64,000 nt of DNA, from NCBI GenBank assembly GCA_036867785.1, contig CP145409.1:1736001-1800000 (forward strand). Reading direction: 5' to 3'. The notes beneath the pieces were generated by a model. The model had not been told where the DNA came from. It ran no database searches and worked only from the letters and a program-made list of their open reading frames with translations. Shown here one piece after another: positions 25,194 to 35,477 of the stretch (position 1 is the first letter of the stretch; every line of letters begins with the position of its first letter). Position numbers and translations under genes: made by a program. This stretch comes from Plasmodiophora brassicae (taxonomy: Eukaryota).

Positions 25194-26641
25194 CTACGAC
25201 GGCGTAAAGCCTGTCGGAACCACAGCGGCGGACGCAGGGCGGCCGTTGTGGTTCGGTGCCCGAATAGTGGATATGCTGAACATGGAGACGATGGAGCCAA
25301 GGAACAGGTCGCCCAGGATGCCGATGTACAAGGTGCCCACCGAGCGGACGTACACCGAGAACATGCACGAGTTCGCAAAGTTGAAGACGGCGGCGACGCC
25401 CGTGTAGAACACGAACCGGGCGAAGCGCTCCCGACGCTGCTGGTTGGCCGAGGAAATGTCCTGCGACTGCCGAATAAGCTTGATGATGCGCCTGCCGTTG
25501 ACGATGAACTGCGTGCCGATCAGGAACTTCAGCGTGGAGAAGACGACGCCGAGATTGGTGTGATCCGTCAGCGGGTGGTATAGAACCTCCGCGATCTCGA
25601 ACACGACGCCGGCGATCGCCAGGAACGCACAGGCCAGAACAAGACCGGTACGGAGCCTCGACCCCTCAGACATGTCGGCCTCGTCCTCCGAACGCTTGAA
25701 GAGCACGCTGAGCGCCAGCACGCCCAGGAACGAAATATACAGCTGACTGCAGCACGTCGCGTTAGCGGGAGAAGCGTCGAACGGCAGCCAGGTCGTACCA
25801 GTCAGCCAGGAGATTGTACAGGTCGTACACGAGGAAGTGAGCCTCAAGGGCCAGGTGGAGGCCGCACAGGAACCGGAACAGATTGCAGGTGGCTTCCGGG
25901 ATCAGGTGGAAGCATTTCATGGGCTTCGCGGCCGACTCCGCCCGCACCAGCCACTGCACGAGGCGGTAGATGGCCGCGAACGCGTTGCTGACGGCCAGGA
26001 TGACGACGACGATCGAGGTCGCCTTTAAGATCGGGGACGTGAACACGGGTTCAAACGGGTTGGTCGCAGGAGCGACCTGGGTTATCCCTGGCCAAGTATT
26101 TTGTCAGACGGCGCGAAGGAAAGAGGGACACGATCCGCAACGCACTGGTGGCCCCCATTGCGATCCCGTCTATGACGCGTTGGCCGTCTGCCCGGCTGAG
26201 TTCGACAATTGTGACGGTCGTAAACGGACGGCTGACAACGTAGTGCTGAGGGGACCACATCCACGCTTCCGTCCCCGCTGTGAACGAATTGATCGTCCTG
26301 CGCAGCGCGGTCGGTACATCGAGAGTACAGACCTGTGGCATCCGAACTCACACGTGCACAATGATGCCTAGGCAACCAACGCGTTCACATTCCGATGCCC
26401 ATCTGTCCAGCTGGCATGGAGTCGTATCGGTATCGATCACGACGATGCTCCCCGCTGCCAGGTTGGCGTCCATCGTGCACGTCGCCGACGGTAGAGGCTG
26501 GCGGACAGTGGTTCCGTTTAGGGCAGCCTGACCCGCGAAGTAGAAGGGGACGTCGGACACGGTCACAGGCGATCCATCGTGGCGCTCCACGAGCAGCGTC
26601 GCCGTCCCAACGTGGACAGCACATAGCACCAAAATCCACAT
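25194..26641 (-). CDS. Signal peptide + PA (protease-associated)-like ectodomain + 7TM protein, copy A
   Basis: LAAGSIVVID...CQLDRWASECERVGCLGIIV (PA pattern), then seven hydrophobic segments; GT-AG introns join the ORF pieces. Confidence 0.7.
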
Positions 26642-26735
26642 CAGTTGTACAACGTCGACGATAATGGTTGGCTTATTAAGTACTCTCTCGATCCTGGTAG
26701 AATCTTTGCAAGAGGGGATTCCCTGTTTATTGATG

Positions 26736-28208
26736 TTACGTGCGGTTCCTAACGGGAACAGATCCCGTTGGTAGTGCAGTGGACGTTGGCAGACGGCCAT
26801 CGGTGTTTGGTGGGCGGATGGTCGCAATGCTGAAGGCGGAGACGATCGTCCCGGTGAAGAAGTCGCCAACGATCCCGATATAGAGCGTCTGCGACGAGCG
26901 TACGTAGACTGGGAACAGGCACGCGTTCCCGAAGTCGACAACAGCGGCGACGCCGGTGTAGAACACGAAGCGTGCGAATCGTTCGCGACGTTGCTGGTTG
27001 GCCGTTGAGCAGTCCTCTGACTGTCGAATGCGCCGGACGAGCCGCCAGCCATTAACGATGAACGGGGCCCCGATCATGAACTTCAACGTAGAGAATATGA
27101 CGCCGAGGACCGTATGGTCCAGCAGCTGTCGCCAGGTGAACTCCACGATATGAAACACGACTCCGGCTATCCCTAGCAATGCGCATGCCCATACGTAAGC
27201 GAGCCGGAGGCGGGAGTGACTGGACAAGTCAGCCCGCTCCTCTGACTGTTTGAAGAGTTCGCTGAGTGCCAGAACGCCAAGGAACCCAACGTACAGTTGA
27301 CTAAAACCGCATTCAGACCGGGGCGACGCAGCTGATGCAGAAGGGCGGTGCCTACCTGTCTGCCAACAGCGTGTACAGGTCGTACACCAGGAGGTGAGAC
27401 TGGAGGGCCAGGTGCAGAGCGGACAGGAACCTCCACAGGTTGCAGATGGCTTCCGGGATCAGGTGCAGGCACTTCATGGGCTTCGCCGACGGGTCGGCCC
27501 AGATCATCCATTGCAGAAGGCGGTAGACGGCCGCGATCGTGTTGGTGACGGATACGGTGGCGACCAGAATCGACGTGGCCCAGAGGAGCGGCGACATGAA
27601 GACGGGCTTGAACTGGTTTTCGGCAGGGGCGACCTGCGTCACATCTGTCGGACGACGACGTTCATTTCGGGATGTGTGTCGGGGATCACGCTGCGTTACT
27701 GGTGGTGCCCATTGCTATCCCGTCCAGGATGTGCCGGCCGTCTGGGTTGCTGACCTCGACGACTACGACGCTTGTGAACCGCCGGCTGAAGACGTAGCGG
27801 TGCGGCGACCACATCCAGGCTGCCATCCCCGCCGTGAACGAGTTAATGGTCCTACAGCCGCCGGTCAATGCATCGCAAAGAGTTGGGCGACGGTTTGGCG
27901 AACCTATGAACAATGATGCCGAGGCACCCGACTCGTTCGCACTCAGACGCCCACCGATCCAGCTGACATCCCGTCGCGTCGGTGTCGATTATGACAATGC
28001 TCCCAGTCGTCCGGCTGGCATCCATCGCGCACGACGCTGACGGCAGCGGCTGGCGAACGACGGTCCCATTGAGAGCGCCCTGCCCCGCGAAATAGAACGG
28101 CGCATCGTAGACAGTGGCCTGCGATCCATCCGGTCGCTCGACGAGCAGTATCGCTGCTCCAAGGTGGGCAGCGCAGAGCCACAGCAGCGCGGGCACCATC
28201 ATAAACAT
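26736..28208 (-). CDS. Signal peptide + PA-like ectodomain + 7TM protein, copy B (tandem paralog)
   Basis: Closely similar to copy A (CQLDRWASECERVGCLGIIVH, KPMKC.HLIPEA.CNL, ANQQRRERFARFVFYTGVAAV) with matching exon layout. Confidence 0.7.
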
Positions 28209-28511
28209 CGACGAAGTACTATATGGTACGGTACTGTTGACCACGATATTTTAGCCTGATGCCCCGGCCCCCCTCAACGTGCACCTCCAAACGCCAACGG
28301 AGCGGAAACGAGACAACCTTGAAAGCGCCGGTCTCATCCTCGAACATGACCCGCGATCCAGTGACCCACACCCTTAGCAAACAACCGTTGCTACCACGTC
28401 TGTCCACACGGGTGGTCATCGTGCTGGAATGCGCAGCACTGACGAGTTGCTACCTTCCTGCTGCGAAGGCGTGTTCGCACAAACAGCTGCAGTTGTCCGC
28501 GGCGGCGTTCG

Positions 28512-31500
28512 ATGGCAGACGCGCCTGTGCGTCGGCCGCGCCGCACGAAGCAGACGAAGAACCAGGTGATACTGGCGCGGGCGGATGTGACGACAGCATC
28601 CGGGGTGGTCATTGCCGACTGGCAGCGCCTGCCGCGGCAGCTGCTGCGCGAGCAGTGCCAGAAGATGAAGCGCCCCGCGCCCATCGTCGAACGCGCCCGG
28701 GCGGACAGCGCCAATGCGGAGTACCGCGCGCGTATTCGCCTGCCTGACGCGAAGAACGCGGCCAAGACCATGGCGTTCTGCACGAACGAGTCGTTTGCCA
28801 CGTTCGAGCTCGCGCAAGAGCACGCGGCCCTGCTCGCCCTGTTCAGCCTGGTCGGCCCGCTTGCCTACGAGTAACGTTCTGCATCATTCGACCGCCGTTC
28901 GGACGGTACGTTGTCCTTATTGATGTCACAGACGCAAGCTGCCCGAACCGTACAAGACCGCATGGCTTTCTCTCAGTTCACCGAACCCGGCCGTCTCGGC
29001 CACGTCGAAATTCGCCAGCGAGTTCGACCGGCAGGCCGCTGAAACGGAACGAAACCGGTCCAGCAATCGCAAGTCAGTACCCTGCCCGCTGGACGCCTTC
29101 CGTCCATACTGACGGCGATGACAGGGAAGCGCGTGAACATTTCAGGTCGAAGAAGACGGTCAAGCTCGCGCTGGACGCTGAGCACAGGCAGATGGTGGAA
29201 CGCGTTCTAGAGAACGTTGCTGATCGCGGCACCTCGCAATCGTCTGGGTCTCTTTCGAAAGACGATCTCGACGCTTTGTCAGAACGTTTGCGGTCATTGG
29301 GGTTCGCGCGGGCAGACGTATCAGCAGCCGTCCAGGTGGCAGAGGTTACTGCAGGATCCGATGCCCTAGCGTCTGAATCTCGCGCCATCGACTGGTTGGT
29401 CACCAACATTCCCGAGCAACGTCTACCAAAGGTGACAACAGCATCCATTAAACGAACATCCCTTGGGACTGAACTATCGGCTTTGTGTAGCGATTTGCCG
29501 CTCGTGACGATGCGTTCAGAGTTGAAGTCTCGGGTGACGTCGACGTTGCCGAATTGCCGCTCTTTGACCGGCTGCGACGCCTGGGGTATCCGAGGCGGGC
29601 TTGTCAGAAGGCTGCCAATGATTTCAACAGTTTCGAAGAAGGTTATTCACGTTCTGGTCGCGTTGCGTGCGATGCTGACTGCATGATATGTTAGGGAAGC
29701 TATGGTTATGGTGCGAAATGGTTCGCCATTTGTGCCCAGACTTAGCGCGACCTGATGATGATATCGCTGTGGAGGACGATGTTGCCGGGGAGCTGGTGGC
29801 CCTCGAAGCAATCTACGAGTCCGACTTCCGAGGCGGACCCGATTCTTGGACTGTTTCGCTATCGTCTGTCTTTGGCGACGGTTCTCTGCTTCGCATCGAC
29901 TTGCCTTCTGGGTCTCGTTACCCGCTTGAACTTCCAGTCATCGACGTGACCTCCAGCACTCTGTCCACGCAAGAGCGCCTGCGTCTGGTGCAGGAGATCG
30001 TTCGTCATTCGGCGAGTTTAATTGGAACTCCGTTCACCCACGATATCGTCGAGTGGATTCGATCGAATGGCAAACAAGCCCTGAAATCCGTTCGGCTGGC
30101 TTGGCCAGACGAATGGCTTGTGGATCGAGTAGGGATCGTTCCCATTAAATCTGTCGTGAAGATGCCCACTGACTGGTTTTAGGTTGAAGAAACCGTCGCG
30201 AAACGCACCCATGCAGAGAAGCCCAAACGGAATCTTGAGAAGAAGCTTAACCCTGATCCTGTTCTGGACATGCAGTTGAAGCGCGAGTACGAGTCGCGGT
30301 CGTCGTCTGAGGACTACCAGGAATTGCTGAAGAAGCGAAGGCGGCTACCAGTCTTTAAGTGCCGCGATCTGATCCTGGAGCGTGTCATGAACAATCGTGT
30401 GATCGTTGTATGCGCCGAGACGGGTAGTGGGAAATCGACGCAGATCCCATCCATGATCGTGGAGAATGCACTTGGACATGGACGCGGGTCAACGTGCCGC
30501 GTTGTTTGTACACAACCAAGGCGTATCAGCGCCGTGGGTCTTGCCACCAGAGTTGCAACAGAGCATTGCCAAAAGGTCGGCGTATCGTTCATCGTGTGCA
30601 CCGTCAGTGTGCTGAACGGGTTTCTGTAAGGTCGGGCAACTGGTTGGTTACAGGATTCGTTTGGAGTCGAAGGTTACCTATGAAACGCGCCTTGAGTTCG
30701 TCACGAATGGTATACTTCTGTAAGAAGCATCCGCCTATGACTGCGTTGCACGGCTTGCAACTTAATTTCTTATCCAGCCGTCAGCTGATGTCCGATCCCG
30801 AACTAAGGGGAGTTTCCCATGTCGTGCTGGACGAGGTATCGGCATTGACGTTAATTTCTGTTTTCGTCTCGTTTCACCTCTGCGCAGGTCCATGAACGTT
30901 CTGTCGAAATCGACCTCTTGCTGCTTATCCTTCGCCGCCTGCTTGCAACGCGGACCGACTTAACGATCGTCCTGATGTCGGCTACTGTCAATGCTTCGCT
31001 ACTCGCCTCATACTTCGCTGGTTTGTGTGTCCACATCATCACATTGCGTCTATTCGAACGAAAGCTCTTTGTAGATTGTCCTGTTGTCAATGTTCCAGGG
31101 CGAACGTTTCCTGTTGAAGTCCGCTACGTTGAAGACATAATCGAAGCAATCGGTGGGTGCCGCGTGGGATACGTCTGTTCTCAGCAGACCCAGATACCCT
31201 TGCTCTCAGGGTACCACCCATCGTCGCGATACGTGAAGCGATCTGGAGGCAGGCAAGATGATGCAAGCATCCAAACAGGGGCAGGTCAATCCACTGTTAG
31301 TCATGACGTCTCGACCGCTTGTGAAGTAACGTATGCAGAACCCTATTCCGCCAAGACGCTGGAAGTTGCATCACTGCTCGATCCTGACATATTTAATCCC
31401 GAGTTGCTCGGCCAGGCTCTTCTGTGGATTGTGAACACCTACCCAAGTGCAGGGTGCGGCTGCTTATGGCGTAATTGGAAGTGCTAGCGTATGACTTCTG

Positions 31501-33470
31501 CATCGCAGAGGCATACTTTGTTTCCTGTCGGGCCTAGCGGAGATCAACGCTTCGATCAATGAGGTTGGCGTGGTCGTGGTTCACCATTTAATACTTCCGC
31601 TGATGGGCCGTTCTCAGTTTCGAAAGATACTTGACCGAAGCGGGATACCATCGAAAGGTTTCGCACTTGTTCCCCTGCATGGATCGCTGTCCACAAAAGA
31701 CCAGGCCAGAGTGTTTGCTAAATTTGGCTCGGGAATACGAAAGATTGTCTTCGCAACCAACATTGCCGAGACGTCAATTACTGTTGACGACGTGGAGTTT
31801 GTCGTTGACTCCGGCAGGATGAAGGAGAGCCAGTTCGACGCGAAACGCGACCTCGACCTGTAAATTGCGTTCGCGAACCGGCTCTATGTTTCTTATATAC
31901 TCTGTTCATAGTCTTGTAGATACATTGGTCTCCAGAGCCAATGCTGAACAGCGCAAAGGGCGCGCAGGTCGTGTCAAGGCAGGACTGTAGGTCAGAGTAT
32001 GTTGCTGCCCTACTGATTTCTAAATACTCCTATTAGGTGCCTTCGTCTGTATCGAAGAGCGGCATTCAACGCCATGCCTAATCAGCATCGGCCAGAACTT
32101 CACCGGACGTCACTTGATCAAGTTTGCCTGCAGCTGAAAGCGGCTAACATTCCCTGTAACAATCTTGGGGAGCTTTTAAAGGAAGCGCTTGAACCACCAC
32201 CTGTCTCCTCTATCAGGCGAGCCGTTTCCACGCTTCAGACAATAGGTTGCTGCCGTAAATCCTATATTCCCTTAACCGTATTCTGACTGAATTCGTCATT
32301 CAGGTGCGTTAACTGCTGAGGATGAGGAGCTCACTCCTTTGGGACGTCATCTTGCTGTTCTGCCCATGGATGTCCGTCTTGGAAAAATGCTTATCTTTGC
32401 AGCATGTTTCGACTGCGTTTCGCCTATCCTTGTTATCGCCTCATTTCTGTCGCTTCGTTCCCCGGTAGAAACGGTTCCATCACCACTAAGACGTTAACTG
32501 ACCCATCGTTTTTAGTTCATTGCGCCGTCTGACCAACGTGATGCTGCCCAGGCGGCTCGCAAACAATTCGCTGGGGGGTCTATCTCTGACCACATGGCCT
32601 TGCTGAACATGTTCACTGCTTGGCTTGATGTGCGACAATCGGGTGAATGTGCCGAGCGCGACTTCTGCGATGAGAATTTCGTTTCTCGCATGACCGTTTC
32701 CACCGCGTTCGACCTTTGCAAACAGTTTGTCGAATCATTACGTTCAGCTGGGTTCATTCAGAGGTCGTCCAAGAACGCCTCAAAATGTACTGTCTGTGAC
32801 CCACGTCACCATGCACGATCTAACTCGTGTCGCCACCTAGCCACCAACCTCACCAGCGTGTTTGGGCTTGCGGAACATCATGACAGGAACGCATCGAACG
32901 TCTCGGTTATAACGGCCATCATCTGCGCTGGCCTGTACCCGAACGTTCTGCGTGTTCAGCATCCCGAGACACGGTTTGCACAAGTCAGTACGGGCGCTCT
33001 GCCCAAGACCCACAATCCCAAATCCATCCGGTTCTTCCGTAAGGATGGCGAGCGCGTCTTCATCCACCCATCGTCCGTCTGCTTCTCGGTGAACCATTTC
33101 CAATCGCCTTGGATCGTGTACAACGAACAGCGGCAGACGTCGAAGCTGTTCGTGTACGATGCGAGCATGGTTCCTTCGTATGCATCGTAGTGCATCTCTA
33201 CAACGTTCGTCAACTTACATTTAGGCCAGATATGCCCTTCTGTTGTTCGGCGGCAAGGTCGACGTGTCGCACGAGCGCAGTACAATCATCGTTGACGGAT
33301 GGATCGAGTTCAAAGCGCCGGCCCGGATCGCCGTTCTTGTTCGCGGCCTACGACAGGAACTGGACGCTCTGTTTCTCGCCAAGGCAAACGACCCGTCAGT
33401 CGATATTGCGTGTCATCAGGTCTCGCAGGCAATGTTGGCTTTGATCACGACGTCAGGTTCCGCGTCGTGA
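28512..33470 (+). CDS. DEAH/RHA RNA helicase, DHX57/DHX29-like (UBA-like, RWD, helicase core, HA2, OB), many introns
   Basis: ELVALEAIY..YP...P (RWD); AETGSGKST, TQPRRISA, LDEVHE, MSAT, TNIAETSIT, QRKGRAGR, SDH, FIHPSSV. Confidence 0.9.
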
Positions 33471-33560
33471 CCTTCGCAATGTGCCTTATACTACATATCC
33501 CGACATCAGAACCTTGCCGGAACGATTAGTCGATTACGCTTGTATTTAGAAACACTACAG

Positions 33561-35063
33561 TCATGAAGCGCCTTGCATGGCGACCATGTTGTTGATGATG
33601 GCGTTGCCGTCAACAGCCGTCACCCGGCCCGGTTTCCTCGGTAGGGGCCGCACCAGGTTCGTTCTCCCGTTCACCATCATCAGCGAGTTGTTCTGGTCGA
33701 GCGCCACCGGCGTCACATTAATTGCCTCCAGGTACCCTTTCAGCACCTCCTTCAACTTCTCATTCTCCTTCTTCAGGGCGTCCCTCTCTCGTTTGGCGTA
33801 CAGTCGTGTCAGCATCGCTCCCGATAACTTCTTCTGGAACGCGGCCAACAATGATCGCTTGTCGCCCTGGTCATCCTCATCAAGGGAGAACAACTCGTTG
33901 CGCAGCAAGTCGTCACCGTCGACGCCTGCTCCCGTTGCCGACATCTTCGACGCGAGCTCGGCCTGCTTCACGATCCGGGTCGCTTGGTCCAGTCGGAGCT
34001 TGGCATCCCGACGCGCATCGCGGCACGTTCTCGTCAGCTGCCGCAGCTGCCTGTAGGCGTTATCACGATCCTTGGCCATGCCCTCCTTCATTCTGAACAG
34101 CTGCTCGTGCAGGGTGTCGCGTTCGGCGCGAAGCGCCTTGTTACGCCGTTCGGAATCGTTGGAGCTCGTCGCCAGCTTCTTCCTCCACAACATGATCTCC
34201 GCCTGCAACGCCTCGTTCCGTTTCAGCTTCCTGTCGATATCCGCCGACAGCATCGCGTCGTTGTCCTGAAGTGTCTTGAACTCGCCGGCGCGCTCCTCGG
34301 TGCTCTGAACGTACGCGAAGTGTGCTGCGTCGAACTTTGCTTCCAGGTCGCTGATCGTCTTGTCCAGGGTCACCTTCAGGTCGTTGATCTGCTCCAGGTT
34401 CGACGACCGCAGCGATTCCCTGGCCATGTCCAGCTTCTGCTGCGCGTCCTCGTCTTCGTTGGCGGTCCTGACCGAGCATTCCCTGCCAACATCGGCGAAT
34501 TCCCGCTGCGCGTCTTGGAATTCGTTGGCGATGGTGGCGCGCTCCGCCTCGAAGTCGCCCTGCATGCGATTCAGGAACTGGTCGCCCTCCTGGCAGACGG
34601 CACACATGCGATCGGGGCCGACGAACGTCGTGATCATGCCCCGCATGGACATCGCATGGCTCCCGGTCGCGTGTCGCGCCATCAGCTCCGCCTGGCGTTG
34701 CCGCTCGAGAATCTCGCTTCGGAAGCACGTTTGCATCTGGGTACGTCGCTCGAGCTCGACGCGTGCGATGCGCCCATCGACGAGGGCCCGGTCGCGAACC
34801 TCGCAGCGAAGGCGGGAACGCCTACGAACGTCATGTCGCCGAGCGTGGATTCGATGCAGGGCGGTGTGCTCCCGAATTCCCTCCCGCATGCGCTGCAATT
34901 GCATCTGGGTCGTCCTGGCATTCTCGTCGAACGTCGCCTGGGCCAGCTCGGCGTCGCTGTCGACCTGTGTCACGTCATCGCCCTTGCTGCTGCCGCTGCC
35001 GTCGTCGGTGATCTCGCCGGCGCCTTTCACCTCCTTGCCAATCCGTGCGCCACCTCGCCCCAT
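33561..35063 (-). CDS. DRC2: Dynein regulatory complex subunit 2 (CCDC65-like); probably contains in-frame introns
   Basis: Long coiled coil with YVQSTEERAGEFKTLQDND and C-terminal ENEKLKEVLKGYLEAINV...NNSLMMVN, typical of CCDC65/DRC2. Confidence 0.72.
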   Translation of the reverse strand: MGRGGARIGKEVKGAGEITDDGSGSSKGDDVTQVDSDAELAQATFDENARTTQMQLQRMREGIREHTALHRIHARRHDVRRRSRLRCEVRDRALVDGRIARVELERRTQMQTCFRSEILERQRQAELMARHATGSHAMSMRGMITTFVGPDRMCAVCQEGDQFLNRMQGDFEAERATIANEFQDAQREFADVGRECSVRTANEDEDAQQKLDMARESLRSSNLEQINDLKVTLDKTISDLEAKFDAAHFAYVQSTEERAGEFKTLQDNDAMLSADIDRKLKRNEALQAEIMLWRKKLATSSNDSERRNKALRAERDTLHEQLFRMKEGMAKDRDNAYRQLRQLTRTCRDARRDAKLRLDQATRIVKQAELASKMSATGAGVDGDDLLRNELFSLDEDDQGDKRSLLAAFQKKLSGAMLTRLYAKRERDALKKENEKLKEVLKGYLEAINVTPVALDQNNSLMMVNGRTNLVRPLPRKPGRVTAVDGNAIINNMVAMQGAS

Positions 35064-35477
35064 CGCTAAGTGCAACCAACCGCCCCGCGAGTTACACTCT
35101 GTACGCCTGCGACGATCGCCCTGCTGGCATTACGGTACTTGTCACTATGTAATGCAACCTGGGAGCGCCACCTAATCGTTGTTATATTAGGGGCTGGCGT
35201 CGCCCATATTGATCGTACGCGACGGTACCTGCCTGCCGTCTAGCGACACAGGTACCAGCGTCGCGAGTTACGTTGGCCCCACGTGCAACGACCGTCGCTC
35301 TGCACAGCGTACGTGGCCCGACCGCACACGTTTCGCCCTGCACACGCGCCCGGCTGTCCTGCATCCAGCTGTTTCCAGGATGGCGATCGTTCGAGTATGG
35401 GCAGCAGATTCTCTCTGGAAATATCCCGGGCGCTCTCGTCAAATCCAGTGTATTGCGCTTGGGGCGTCGTCGGCGCC

